In this document: one piece after another, positions 38,999 through 48,070 of the stretch | How positions within the stretch are numbered: the stretch's first letter is position 1 | How the letters are laid out: the number at the start of each line of letters is the position of its first letter | Assembly: GCA_965261395.1 (NCBI GenBank) | Contig: OZ253462.1 | Coordinates: 3,328,001 to 3,392,000 of the forward strand | DNA: 64,000 nucleotides | Direction: 5' to 3' | From: Candidatus Latescibacterota bacterium | GTDB taxonomy: Bacteria; Latescibacterota; UBA2968; UBA8231 | The notes under the pieces: generated by a model | The model's input: only the letters and a program-made list of their open reading frames with translations | What the model was told of the DNA's origin: nothing | Databases searched by the model: none | Made by a program: the position numbers and the translations under genes

Positions 38999-40258
38999 AT
39001 GCCCATCCTCTTTGCCCTAGCCCTTTGCACCCTCGCCTTCCTCCCGGCCCATGCCGAGCGGATCCTCGTGCCCATGGACACCTCCCAGCGCGACCATCTG
39101 CGGGCCTACGGCCTCGCTTTCTGGACCTTGGAGCGCGGCATTCCAGTCGAGTGGCTGCTCAATTATCGCGGCGGCGCATTCCTCGTCGAAGCACACGCCC
39201 TCATCGCCAGCGAAGCCATCCTGCGCGGCGTCAGCACCGAGCACATCTCCGAGGCCCAAGCTGCCCAGATCTACGCGGAGATCGACGCATCCAACATGGA
39301 AGTCGTGCGCTTGGAAAAGGTGCCGAAGATCGCCGTGTACACGCCGCCCAACAAACAGCCCTGGGACGATGCGGTGACCCTCGCGCTGGAATACGCCCAA
39401 ATCGACTACGAAAAAATCTGGGACGACGAAGTACTCCAAGGCGCACTCGACGACTACGATTGGCTGCACTTGCACCACGAGGATTTCACCGGCCAGTACG
39501 GCAAGTTCTATGGCTCCTACAGCAATCAGGCTTGGTACCGCGAACAGCAGGCCGAGTACGAGCAGATGGCCCACCGCCTCGGCTACGCCAAGGTCTCCGA
39601 GCAAAAGAAGGCCGTAGTCGTCAAGATCTACGAGTACCTAGCCGCGGGCGGCTTCCTCTTCGCCATGTGCTCGGCCACCGACACCTTTGACATAGCCTTA
39701 GCCGCCCTCGACGTAGATATATGCCACGCGGTCTTCGACGGCGACGGAGCTGACCCCAACGCCCAGGCCAAGCTCGACTTCAGCCGCACCATGGCCTTTG
39801 AGAATTTCGCGCTCGAAACCAACCCGCTGGTGTACGAATTCTCAAACATCGACACCACGCCGGACGACATGCGCCGGGTCCGCACGGCCGAGGCCGAGTA
39901 TTTCACGCTGTTTGAATTCTCCGCCAAATACGACCCAGTGCCGACGATGCTCACCCAGTGCCACACCAATATCGTCGATGGCTTCCTCGGCCAGACCACG
40001 GCCTTCCGCCAAGCGCTGATCAAAGACTCAGTCATCCTCCTCGGCCAAGAAGAGGGCACCGACAGTGTCAAGTACATCCACGGCCGCGTCGGCAAGGGCA
40101 CCTTCACCTTCTATGCCGGTCACGACCCAGAAGACCACAGGCACCACGTCTATGACCCGCCGACCAGTCTCGTCCTGCATCCCAATTCGCCCGGCTATCG
40201 GCTAATTCTGAACAACGTGCTTTTCCCAGCGGCCAAGAAAAAGGAGCGCAAGACCTGA
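38999..40258 (+). CDS. Secreted conserved protein with GATase-like fold (family often labelled asparagine synthetase B)
   Basis: Signal peptide; WLLNYRGG, PWDDAVT, DWLHLHHEDFTGQYGKFY, FAMCSATD, GHDPED and SPGYRLILNNVLFPAA motifs. Confidence 0.75.
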   Translation: MPILFALALCTLAFLPAHAERILVPMDTSQRDHLRAYGLAFWTLERGIPVEWLLNYRGGAFLVEAHALIASEAILRGVSTEHISEAQAAQIYAEIDASNMEVVRLEKVPKIAVYTPPNKQPWDDAVTLALEYAQIDYEKIWDDEVLQGALDDYDWLHLHHEDFTGQYGKFYGSYSNQAWYREQQAEYEQMAHRLGYAKVSEQKKAVVVKIYEYLAAGGFLFAMCSATDTFDIALAALDVDICHAVFDGDGADPNAQAKLDFSRTMAFENFALETNPLVYEFSNIDTTPDDMRRVRTAEAEYFTLFEFSAKYDPVPTMLTQCHTNIVDGFLGQTTAFRQALIKDSVILLGQEEGTDSVKYIHGRVGKGTFTFYAGHDPEDHRHHVYDPPTSLVLHPNSPGYRLILNNVLFPAAKKKERKT

Positions 40259-40259
40259 G
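40223..40259 (+). repeat. 37-bp gene-end direct repeat, copy 1 (native 3' end of the 38999 gene)
   Basis: TTCCCAGCGGCCAAGAAAAAGGAGCGCAAGACCTGAG. Confidence 0.95.
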
Positions 40260-40332
40260 TATTTGAAGAACCATATTTTGACGGGAAAAAGGGAACTGCT
40301 GTGAAACCGCTTTCTCAAAGGAGGAATTGACT

Positions 40333-40575
40333 ATGCCCATGATAGCTGTGCCTGCCCATTTTGATGGGAAGCGCATTTGCTTGGATGAACCATTTGAACT
40401 AGAGCCGAATGCGAAACTGATTGTCACCATTCTATCAGGACGAGAATCTGACAGTGAGCATACAGCTTGGTCGCGTTTATCCGGTCAAAGACTAAAAGAC
40501 GCCTACGGCGAGACCGAACCTGAGTATTCAGCGGATTTACTCAGAGAGGTGAATCCCGACTATGAAGGAAGGTGA
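40333..40575 (+). CDS. Putative antitoxin of a PemK/MazF-like pair
   Basis: RBS AAGGAGG; AHFDGKRI.LDEP..L.PN..L.VT and AYGE.EPEY motifs; overlaps the toxin start. Confidence 0.7.
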   Translation: MPMIAVPAHFDGKRICLDEPFELEPNAKLIVTILSGRESDSEHTAWSRLSGQRLKDAYGETEPEYSADLLREVNPDYEGR

Positions 40576-40898
40576 CGTCGTTATTACACCAGTACTTCAG
40601 GCCGATGGGGAACTAAAGGACAGACCTGCCATTTTCCTGCGGGAAATGCCGCTCTATCGCGATCTGCTCGTTTGCGGTGTAAGCACACAGTCAGTACGTC
40701 CAGTACGTCGAGAACTTTGACGAAATTATTTCTCCTGCTGACGCGGATTTCAAGTCGAGTGGTCTGCGCTCAAAATCTCTGATTCGACTTGGCTTTCTCG
40801 CTGTATTACCGCGTCGTCGCGTACTTGGCTCTATTGGTTCCATTTCGGCGAAACGGCACAAGCATCTATTGAAAACGCTGAGTGATTACCTCACTTGA
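40562..40898 (+). pseudogene. PemK/MazF-like toxin, frameshifted
   Basis: MKEGDVV..LQADGELKDRPA..CGVSTQ stops at 40720; continues in +1 frame as QYVENFDEII..SGL..SLIRLGFL..IGSIS to TGA 40898. Confidence 0.8.
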
Positions 40899-40899
40899 C

Positions 40900-40936
40900 T
40901 TCCCGGCGGCCAAGAAAAAGGAGCGCAAGACCTGAG
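40900..40936 (+). repeat. 37-bp gene-end direct repeat, copy 2
   Basis: TTCCCGGCGGCCAAGAAAAAGGAGCGCAAGACCTGAG; one mismatch to copy 1; immediately precedes ATG 40937. Confidence 0.95.
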
Positions 40937-41638
40937 ATGGTCGAGGCCCTGTTATTTGACCTCGGCGGCGTGGTGATCGAGATCGACTTCGACCGCGTCT
41001 TGCGGCGCTGGGAAACCATTTCGGCCTTCTCCTTCACCGAACTGAAATCCACCTTTCACTTCGACACAGCCTACCAGCGGCACGAGCGCGGCGAGATCGA
41101 CGGTGCCGAATATTTCGCCCATCTACGCGACTTCCTCAGACTCGACGGCAGCGACGACGAAATAGCGGCCGGCTGGAACGCCGTCTTTGTCGCGGAAATC
41201 CCCGCCGCGTTGGCGGCTATAAGCAAAGTACGCAAGCAATTCCCCTGCTACGCCTTCACCAACACCAATCCCACTCACCTAGCCGCTTGGAAGATCGGCT
41301 ATCCCGCAATTTTCCAGAGCTTCGACTACGCCTTCATCTCCTCCGACATCGGCCTACGCAAACCCGAACGACGCGCATTTGATGCCATCGCCGCCGACAT
41401 CGGCGTGGCACACGCAAACATCTTGTTCTTCGACGACACTCAAGAAAATATCGCCGGTGCCGATGCCGCCGGATTGCAGACGGTATATGTCCAATCGCCC
41501 GACGACATACACTATGCTCTGGCGAGTTTGAATGACCGTTGCAAAGATGGTATCTTGAAGGGAAGTAGTCTGCCATTATGGCTACAGGAGACAACTAAAA
41601 ATGAACGCCCTAAAGATGACAGCGAATCAGATTCATGA
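40937..41638 (+). CDS. HAD-family phosphatase (YihX-like) with read-through tail
   Basis: FDLGGV, TNTN, RKP and FFDD..EN motifs. Confidence 0.85.
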   Translation: MVEALLFDLGGVVIEIDFDRVLRRWETISAFSFTELKSTFHFDTAYQRHERGEIDGAEYFAHLRDFLRLDGSDDEIAAGWNAVFVAEIPAALAAISKVRKQFPCYAFTNTNPTHLAAWKIGYPAIFQSFDYAFISSDIGLRKPERRAFDAIAADIGVAHANILFFDDTQENIAGADAAGLQTVYVQSPDDIHYALASLNDRCKDGILKGSSLPLWLQETTKNERPKDDSESDS

Positions 41639-41828
41639 ACTCGGTATTGAGGCACTTTTGAATAAACTCGGCCCTGTTGGAACGATTCGTTTTCTCCATC
41701 AGTACGAAACGGGCAAGGGCAATTACTCCATTGATCGGCAGCAATGGCTTACCGTGCCAGATGTCGAGACGCTCTCAAACCAAATACAACGGGCACGCAA
41801 GGACGATTCTTCCAGCGAAAAGTCATAA
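41601..41828 (+). CDS. Small antitoxin-like protein, orphan
   Basis: RBS CAGGAG; G.EAL...LGPVG..RF..QY..G.G.Y motif typical of small partners of PIN toxins; no toxin alongside. Confidence 0.55.
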   Translation: MNALKMTANQIHELGIEALLNKLGPVGTIRFLHQYETGKGNYSIDRQQWLTVPDVETLSNQIQRARKDDSSSEKS

Positions 41829-41870
41829 CCCCTGCATTGACTGTCCGGACGTTGGATAAACTCGGTTTAC

Positions 41871-42044
41871 CTACCTGCGCTTGAAGAAGAAGCGAATATT
41901 GGCGTCCTCGTCAAAAATCATCTGACCGCCCGCGGTGTTCGCAAAAGCCACTAAGGTTTTCAGCAGGTTTTTAGGTGAAGACACGTCCCGCTTAAATTCC
42001 AGCGTCTTACCTTCCTTGCGTCTGAGAAGATCGGCAACATTCAT
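41871..42044 (-). pseudogene. Truncated AlbA_2 (Schlafen-like) domain fragment
   Basis: 57 aa MNVADLLRRKEGKTLEFKRD..KTLVAFANTAGG then a premature end; 26-bp tandem duplication over its start. Confidence 0.75.
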
Positions 42045-42190
42045 CGCTTGAGAAGATCGGCAACATTCATCGCTATTATTCGCCTAATCGAAGTGGAGTA
42101 GGGGAAATTCGCTCGCCTTAATATACAGAAATAGGGCCTCTCAAGAAGAACCCGAGTACGCCTCACGGTCGCGCCCGGCTACCGGTTAAT

Positions 42191-42227
42191 TTTCTCGGTG
42201 GGCTAAAAAAAGAGCAAAAGACCTGAG
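42191..42227 (+). repeat. Degenerate third copy of the gene-end repeat
   Basis: TTTCTCGGTGGGCTAAAAAAAGAGCAAAAGACCTGAG aligns with copy 1; identical 3' AAGACCTGAG. Confidence 0.65.
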
Positions 42228-42232
42228 CAGGC

Positions 42233-42277
42233 ACAACGACAGCCCAGACCACTCAAAGCGGTCTGGGCTGTCGTTGT
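42233..42277. terminator. Perfect 18-bp hairpin, probable terminator for convergent units
   Basis: ACAACGACAGCCCAGACC-9 nt-GGTCTGGGCTGTCGTTGT. Confidence 0.65.
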
Positions 42278-42343
42278 AGCGGCTCGCTGCTTGCTACTTC
42301 TGCCGCACTAAAGCGAAGCCTTCGTCGAGACGTACTAACTAGC

Positions 42344-43450
42344 TGACGTTACGCACCTGTGATTTATCCTAGGTATATTCCCAGTATGGACCAACACCTT
42401 TTAGCATTGTATAGCGATTATCTGCTCAGTTCGTTTGGCGCGACCACGGCCACGGGCCTATCGGCACTGGTGGACGGGGCCTTAAGCCATGATCAAGTCA
42501 CGCGCTTTCTGTCGGGTGCCGACTATGATGGCCGCACGCTGTGGCAGCAGGTCAAGCCGATGGTACGCGAGATCGAACAGGACGATGGAGTGCTCATCGT
42601 CGATGACACGATCCAAGAAAAGCCGCATACGGATGAAAATGACCTAATCTGTTGGCACTATGATCACAGCCAGCATCGTACGGTCAAGGGGATCAATCTG
42701 CTCAACTGCGTGTATCATGCCGGCGGGGTGAGTCTGCCGGTAACCTATGAGTTGATCCGTAAACCCATTCTCTTTAGTGAGGTGCAAACTCGTCAGGTCA
42801 AGCGCAAGAGTCTGCATACGAAAAATGAATTGATGCGGCAGATGTTGCGCGTTTGTCAACACAATCAGCTCCCCTATCGCTATCTGTTGGCCGATAGCTG
42901 GTTTTCGGCCAAAGACAACTTAACCTTCATCCACCAGACCCTCCACAAGCACTTCGTCGTCGCCCTTAAATCCAATAGGACGGTCGCCTTGAGCTATGAA
43001 CAGAAACGGCAAGGAGCCTTCGCACGCATCGACGCACAACCGTTGCCTGAACATCAACCGGTACTCGGCTGGATCAAGGGCTTGGATTTTCCCGTCCTGT
43101 TGCTCCAGCAGGTCTTTACAAACCAAGATGGCAGCACCGGCACCTTGTATCTGGCGTGCAGTGATCAGACGTGTGATGGAGCCACCCTCGAAGCAATCTA
43201 CCAGAAACGGTGGAACGTGGAGACGTTTCATAAAACGCTCAAATCCCATGCCGCCTTAGCCAAGTCGCCCACCAAGCGGGTTCGCACCCAAAGCAACCAC
43301 TGTTTTATGGCCCTGTATGCCGCCGGGCGCTTGGAGGGCCTGCGGATCAAGCACCGACTCAATCACTTCGCGCTGCGATCCCGACTCTATCTCAAGGCCA
43401 TTCGATGTGCCTTCGATGAGCTACAAAGTCTGAAAACTGCGTAACGTCAG
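42344..43450 (+). mobile_element. IS701-like insertion sequence with 13-bp IRs and 7-bp target duplication
   Basis: IR CTGACGTTACGCA/TGCGTAACGTCAG; TAACTAG at 42337-42343 and 43451-43457. Confidence 0.9.
42386..43444 (+). CDS. DDE transposase (IS701-like)
   Basis: SHDQVTRFL, LIVDDT..EK, ADSWF and YQKRW.VE.FHK.LK motifs. Confidence 0.9.
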   Translation: MDQHLLALYSDYLLSSFGATTATGLSALVDGALSHDQVTRFLSGADYDGRTLWQQVKPMVREIEQDDGVLIVDDTIQEKPHTDENDLICWHYDHSQHRTVKGINLLNCVYHAGGVSLPVTYELIRKPILFSEVQTRQVKRKSLHTKNELMRQMLRVCQHNQLPYRYLLADSWFSAKDNLTFIHQTLHKHFVVALKSNRTVALSYEQKRQGAFARIDAQPLPEHQPVLGWIKGLDFPVLLLQQVFTNQDGSTGTLYLACSDQTCDGATLEAIYQKRWNVETFHKTLKSHAALAKSPTKRVRTQSNHCFMALYAAGRLEGLRIKHRLNHFALRSRLYLKAIRCAFDELQSLKTA

Positions 43451-43923
43451 TAACTAGTATGCTGGGCGGCGGTACTTTCCAAGTTGAACTGGTCTAGGTT
43501 GTCAAAGGTAGCTACCACCTCATAAGATTCAAGTAGGCTGCTCACATCTCCTTTGATCTTGACCAATTCGCCCTCTACTGAGTACACCTTAGCATTAGCT
43601 ATGCCTAAAGTGACTGCGTTTAGCAGGAAGGATGCGAAGGTACTTTTTATTGTGATCGCGAGGTTGATGATGGCGTCTGCATCACTCTGCTGCAGCTTCT
43701 CGGCTAGGATCTCCGAAACGTCAAAGGCACTGGTATAATCGAACTTGATCATTTTGCTCTCATCTAAGCGTTCGATGACCTCGACGCGCTCGGTCGGGTT
43801 GTTGAGCATCAGTGGTATCGAGCCTCGACCACTAATTTTGGCCACCGTGCAGCTACTAACCATGGCCATGAGCAACACGAGTGAGACCAAGGTCCCTACC
43901 TTGTTGGTGATTTTCATTTTCAT
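43447..43923 (-). CDS. Lipoprotein of unknown function; 3' end abuts the IS
   Basis: Lipobox MVSSC; RBS GAGG; upstream TTGACA-16-TATTCT; stop codon lies inside the IS right IR. Confidence 0.75.
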   Translation of the reverse strand: MKMKITNKVGTLVSLVLLMAMVSSCTVAKISGRGSIPLMLNNPTERVEVIERLDESKMIKFDYTSAFDVSEILAEKLQQSDADAIINLAITIKSTFASFLLNAVTLGIANAKVYSVEGELVKIKGDVSSLLESYEVVATFDNLDQFNLESTAAQHTSY

Positions 43924-44117
43924 AACGACCTCTTCTGAAAAAAAAGATAAAAGAAAGGACCGACTCGCCGAGCTTGGCGACCCTATCGCTCCACGCTTTA
44001 CGGCGGTCGGGCTTTAGTTAAGAATAACCCATTAAAACGAGATGTCAAACTGGCCAAGCTGTCCCGCCTCCCCTACCTTTTACCGCTCCACCAACCCATT
44101 GTCCTGAAAGGAAGTAC

Positions 44118-45107
44118 ATGTCAGACACCGAGGCCGTAGCTCAGCTCGGCCAAATCAGGGACCGCATCTACGGCGAGGTCGGCCAAGTCGTCATCGGCCA
44201 GAAGCAGATCGTCGAGGAACTGCTCATCGCCTTGCTCGCCGGCGGCCACTGCCTACTCGTAGGCGTACCTGGCTTGGCCAAAACTACGCTCATCCAAACC
44301 CTCGCCCGCACGCTCGATCTCTCCTTTGGCCGCATCCAATTCACCCCGGATCTGATGCCCTCGGACATCACCGGCACCGAGGTCCTCGAAGAGGACATCG
44401 ACACCGGCCGCAAGGCATTTCGCTTCATCCGCGGGCCCCTGTTTGCCAACGTCATCCTCGCCGACGAAATCAACCGCACGCCCCCCAAGACCCAAGCGGC
44501 CCTGCTCCAAGCCATGCAGGAACACGCAGTCACCGCAGCCGGCGAGACCATGCAGCTCAGCGAGCCATTCTTCGTGCTCGCCACCCAAAACCCCATCGAG
44601 CAAGAGGGGACCTACCCCCTGCCCGAAGCCCAACTCGACCGCTTTATCTTCGAGCTGTGGATCGACTATCCCAGCGACCGCGAGGAAGAGGACATCGTCC
44701 GCGCCACCACCAGCGTCGCCCAAGCCACCGTCCGCCAAGTCGTCGATGCCCAGCAGATCGTCGAGCTACAACAGCTCGTGCGCCGGGTGCCCGTGGCCGA
44801 TCACTGCGTCCGCTACGCCGTCTCGCTGGTGCGCTCGTCCCGGCCCGGGGACGCCCAAGCACCGGATTACATCCGCGAAATGGTTAGCTGGGGCGCCGGC
44901 CCGCGCGCTTCCCAGTACTTGGTCTTGGCGGCCAAGGCGCGGGCCATCCTCGCCGGCCGACACTCGGTCGCCATCGAGGACATCCGCGCCGTGGCTCTGC
45001 CGGTGATGCGCCACCGCATGGTCGTCAACTTCCACGCCGAAGCGCAAAACATCAGCGCGGTCGGTCTGATCCAACGCCTGCTCGCCGACGTGGAGCCAGA
45101 GTCCTAA
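44118..45107 (+). CDS. moxR: MoxR-family AAA+ ATPase
   Basis: GVPGLAKT, RIQFTPDLMPSDITG, DEINR..PKTQ.ALL and NPIEQEGTYPLPEAQLDRF motifs. Confidence 0.96.
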   Translation: MSDTEAVAQLGQIRDRIYGEVGQVVIGQKQIVEELLIALLAGGHCLLVGVPGLAKTTLIQTLARTLDLSFGRIQFTPDLMPSDITGTEVLEEDIDTGRKAFRFIRGPLFANVILADEINRTPPKTQAALLQAMQEHAVTAAGETMQLSEPFFVLATQNPIEQEGTYPLPEAQLDRFIFELWIDYPSDREEEDIVRATTSVAQATVRQVVDAQQIVELQQLVRRVPVADHCVRYAVSLVRSSRPGDAQAPDYIREMVSWGAGPRASQYLVLAAKARAILAGRHSVAIEDIRAVALPVMRHRMVVNFHAEAQNISAVGLIQRLLADVEPES

Positions 45108-45108
45108 C

Positions 45109-46008
45109 GTGAGCGAAGCCGTCTCCTACCTCCACCCGGAAACTATCTCGCGCCTCACGCGCCTCGACCTGATTGCGCGGCTCGTAGTCGAGGGCTTTAT
45201 CACCGGCCTGCACCGCAGCCCGTACCACGGCTTCTCGGTCGAATTCTCCGAGCATCGTCCCTATCTGCCGGGCGACCCCCTGCGCGATCTCGATTGGAAG
45301 GCATACGCCAAGTCCGGCCGCCTGTACGTCAAGCAGTACGAAGAGGAGACCAACCTCAAAGCCTATCTGCTGCTCGACGTGTCCGGCTCCATGGACTTTG
45401 CGGCTGGCGCGCCGATGAGCAAATTTCGCTACGCAGCCTCTTTAGCGGCCGCGCTAGCGTACCTCATGCTCAAGCAGCGCGACGCGGTTGGCTTGTTGCT
45501 CTACCACCACCAGACCGAGGCGTACGTGCCGCCGCGCTCGGTGCAAAGCCACCTCCAAGTGCTCCTCAAGACCATCGACCAAGCGAGGCCGCACAAGGAG
45601 ACCAGCATGGCCCCGGCCTTCCACGACCTCGCCGAGCGCATCCGTCGCCGCGGCCTCGTCATCGTGCTCTCCGACCTGCTCGACGCGCCCGACCAAGTCC
45701 TCGAAGGGCTGCGCCACTTCCGCCACCTGCAGCACGAAGTGATCGTCTTCCACCTGCTCGACCCCCGCGAGCGCGACCTCGCCTTCCGCGACCAGACCCG
45801 CTTCTACGACCTCGAAGACCCAGACCAAACCCTCACCACCCAGCCCTGGCACATCCAGCACGAATACCGCGCGCTGATGGACGAGCTGATCCAGACCTAT
45901 CGGCTCGGGTGCGCCGAGGCCGGCATCGACTACGCCCTGCTCGACACGGCGACCCCCTTTGACGTGGCCCTGTCGCGCTACCTAGCGCAGCGCAAAAAAA
46001 TGGGCTAG
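45109..46008 (+). CDS. DUF58 (VWA-like) MoxR partner
   Basis: G.HRSP..G.SVEF.EHR.Y.PGD..R..DWK and LLDVSGSM motifs. Confidence 0.94.
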   Translation: MSEAVSYLHPETISRLTRLDLIARLVVEGFITGLHRSPYHGFSVEFSEHRPYLPGDPLRDLDWKAYAKSGRLYVKQYEEETNLKAYLLLDVSGSMDFAAGAPMSKFRYAASLAAALAYLMLKQRDAVGLLLYHHQTEAYVPPRSVQSHLQVLLKTIDQARPHKETSMAPAFHDLAERIRRRGLVIVLSDLLDAPDQVLEGLRHFRHLQHEVIVFHLLDPRERDLAFRDQTRFYDLEDPDQTLTTQPWHIQHEYRALMDELIQTYRLGCAEAGIDYALLDTATPFDVALSRYLAQRKKMG

Positions 46009-46028
46009 CCGCCGTCCCGCCCTGAAAC

Positions 46029-46056
46029 TTGACTTTTTTGTACAGATTCCTAAGTT
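46029..46056 (+). promoter_or_regulatory. Putative suf promoter, possibly overlapping an Rrf2/IscR-like site
   Basis: TTGACT-16 bp-TAAGTT upstream of the sufB RBS; left half resembles an IscR type-1 box. Confidence 0.4.
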
Positions 46057-46088
46057 CTTGAGACCGCGCCTAGATACAAGGAGCCAAC

Positions 46089-47552
46089 ATGAGCGAAAGC
46101 ACCCAAACCCTAGAGCAGTTTGCCAACCGCGACTACGAGTGGGGATTCGTCACCGATGTGGAGACCGACTCCGCCCCGCCCGGCCTCAACGAAGAAATCA
46201 TCCGCTTCATCTCCGCCAAAAAGGACGAGCCTGAGTTCATGCTCGAGTGGCGGCTCAAAGCCTATCGCCGCTGGCTGGCTATGGAGGATCCAACGCGTGG
46301 CAAAGAGAGCCAGCGCTGGGCCATGGTCCACTATCCCAACATCAACTATCAAGACATCGTTTATTACTCGGCCCCCAAGAAGAAACAGCTCGACAGCCTC
46401 GACGAGGTCGATCCCGAAATTTTGGCCACCTACCAGAAGCTGGGCATCCCCCTCGTCGAGCAGCAGATGCTCGCCGGCGTGGCCGTGGACGCCGTCTTCG
46501 ACAGCGTCTCCGTGGCCACCACGTTCAAGGACAAGCTGGGCGAGTTGGGCATTATTTTTTGCTCCATGTCCGAAGCCATCCACAATCACCCTGAACTCGT
46601 GCGAAAATACCTCGGCTCGGTCGTGCCCTATACCGACAATTTCTTCGCCACCCTCAACTCCGCGGTCTTTACCGATGGCTCCTTTGTGTACGTGCCTCCA
46701 GGCGTGCGCTGCCCCATGGAGCTATCGACGTACTTCCGCATCAACGCGGCGAACACGGGCCAATTCGAGCGCACCTTGGTCATCGCCGACGAGGGCGCGT
46801 ACGTGTCATACTTGGAAGGGTGTACGGCGCCCATGCGCGACGAAAACCAGCTCCACGCGGCCGTCGTCGAACTCGTAGCCTTCGGCGACGCGCAGATCAA
46901 GTACTCCACCGTGCAGAACTGGTACCCGGGCGACGAAAACGGCAAAGGCGGGATCTACAACTTCGTCACCAAGCGCGGCGCGTGTCGCGGCGACCGCTCC
47001 AAAATCTCGTGGACCCAAGTCGAGACCGGTTCGGCCATCACTTGGAAATACCCCAGTTGCATCCTCCAGGGCGATCACTCGGTCGGCGAATTTTACTCGG
47101 TGGCCGTCACCTCCAAGCGGCAGCAGGCCGACACCGGCACCAAGATGCACCACATCGGCAAAAACACCCGCAGCACCATTATCTCCAAGGGCATTTCGGC
47201 CCAGCGCGGCCAAAACACCTATCGCGGCAAGGTGCAGGTGCTCAAAAACGCGGCCGGCGCTCGCAACTTCACTCAGTGCGATTCCATGCTCATCGGCGAC
47301 CAATGCGGCGCGCACACCTTTCCCTACATCGAGGTCCGCAATCCCACCGCCCACGTCGAGCACGAGGCTTCCACCTCCAAGATCGGCGAGGACCAAATTT
47401 TCTACTGCAACCAGCGCGGGATTTCCACCGAAGACGCCATCTCCATGATCGTCAACGGCTTCTGCAAGGAAGTCCTCGCCGAGCTGCCGATGGAGTTCGC
47501 CGTCGAAGCACAAAAGCTGCTCGGCATCAGCTTAGAGGGCAGCGTCGGGTAG
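46089..47552 (+). CDS. sufB: Fe-S assembly protein SufB
   Basis: [37 protein letters not shown] and [13 protein letters not shown] motifs. Confidence 0.98.
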   Translation: MSESTQTLEQFANRDYEWGFVTDVETDSAPPGLNEEIIRFISAKKDEPEFMLEWRLKAYRRWLAMEDPTRGKESQRWAMVHYPNINYQDIVYYSAPKKKQLDSLDEVDPEILATYQKLGIPLVEQQMLAGVAVDAVFDSVSVATTFKDKLGELGIIFCSMSEAIHNHPELVRKYLGSVVPYTDNFFATLNSAVFTDGSFVYVPPGVRCPMELSTYFRINAANTGQFERTLVIADEGAYVSYLEGCTAPMRDENQLHAAVVELVAFGDAQIKYSTVQNWYPGDENGKGGIYNFVTKRGACRGDRSKISWTQVETGSAITWKYPSCILQGDHSVGEFYSVAVTSKRQQADTGTKMHHIGKNTRSTIISKGISAQRGQNTYRGKVQVLKNAAGARNFTQCDSMLIGDQCGAHTFPYIEVRNPTAHVEHEASTSKIGEDQIFYCNQRGISTEDAISMIVNGFCKEVLAELPMEFAVEAQKLLGISLEGSVG

Positions 47553-47654
47553 ATGAATGCGTGAGGATATCAGCAGCACCCTGTGCGACGATGGTAGCGA
47601 GATTACGATTGAAATTACTATTCAGGCACGCAAGACAGATGGCTTCTTCGAATT

Positions 47655-47707
47655 GACTTCTCGACAGCAGACCATGCTATAAGTACATGGTCTGCTGTCG
47701 AGAAGTC
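47655..47707. repeat. Perfect 22-bp inverted repeat overlapping promoter-like hexamers
   Basis: GACTTCTCGACAGCAGACCATG-CTATAAGTA-CATGGTCTGCTGTCGAGAAGTC. Confidence 0.9.
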
Positions 47708-47766
47708 CCAGATCGCACAACGCGAGGGCACCGGGCGGTCGCCCAAGAAAGAAAGGAGGAACAACA

Positions 47767-47919
47767 ATGAAAAAACTCTATAAGCTATATGTGAGGGTTG
47801 TAAATTTTGCAGCCACCTCAGTCTTATTGGGATGGATTTGTTTTGTTCTCGGTGGGATTTCTACGGAGTCCCCCCTCTTGTCATTCGTTTTTCAAGCGAT
47901 CGCCCGGAACCTGCCCTGA
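47767..47919 (+). CDS. 50-aa hydrophobic small protein, below the ORF-track cutoff
   Basis: AAGGAGGA RBS; MKKLYKLYVRVVNFAATSVLLGWICFVLGGISTESPLLSFVFQAIARNLP. Confidence 0.65.
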   Translation: MKKLYKLYVRVVNFAATSVLLGWICFVLGGISTESPLLSFVFQAIARNLP

Positions 47920-48070
47920 GACCGTTACCGCACTTATTGAGGACTGCATAGCTAAAGAAATACAGTCTGGGGCGAAGCAAGAATGAGACGCCATTCCATT
48001 ATAAATGCAGAGATCAATAATAGAATCCGTCTAAAAACAACAAGACATCCATTGAAGTTGGAGACAAGAA

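Noticed and set aside
40223-42227. 37-bp repeats as CRISPR repeats or integron attC sites
   Set aside because: Spacing is 0.6-1.3 kb, the repeat equals a coding 3' end, and it has no palindrome or RYYYAAC/GTTRRRY boxes.
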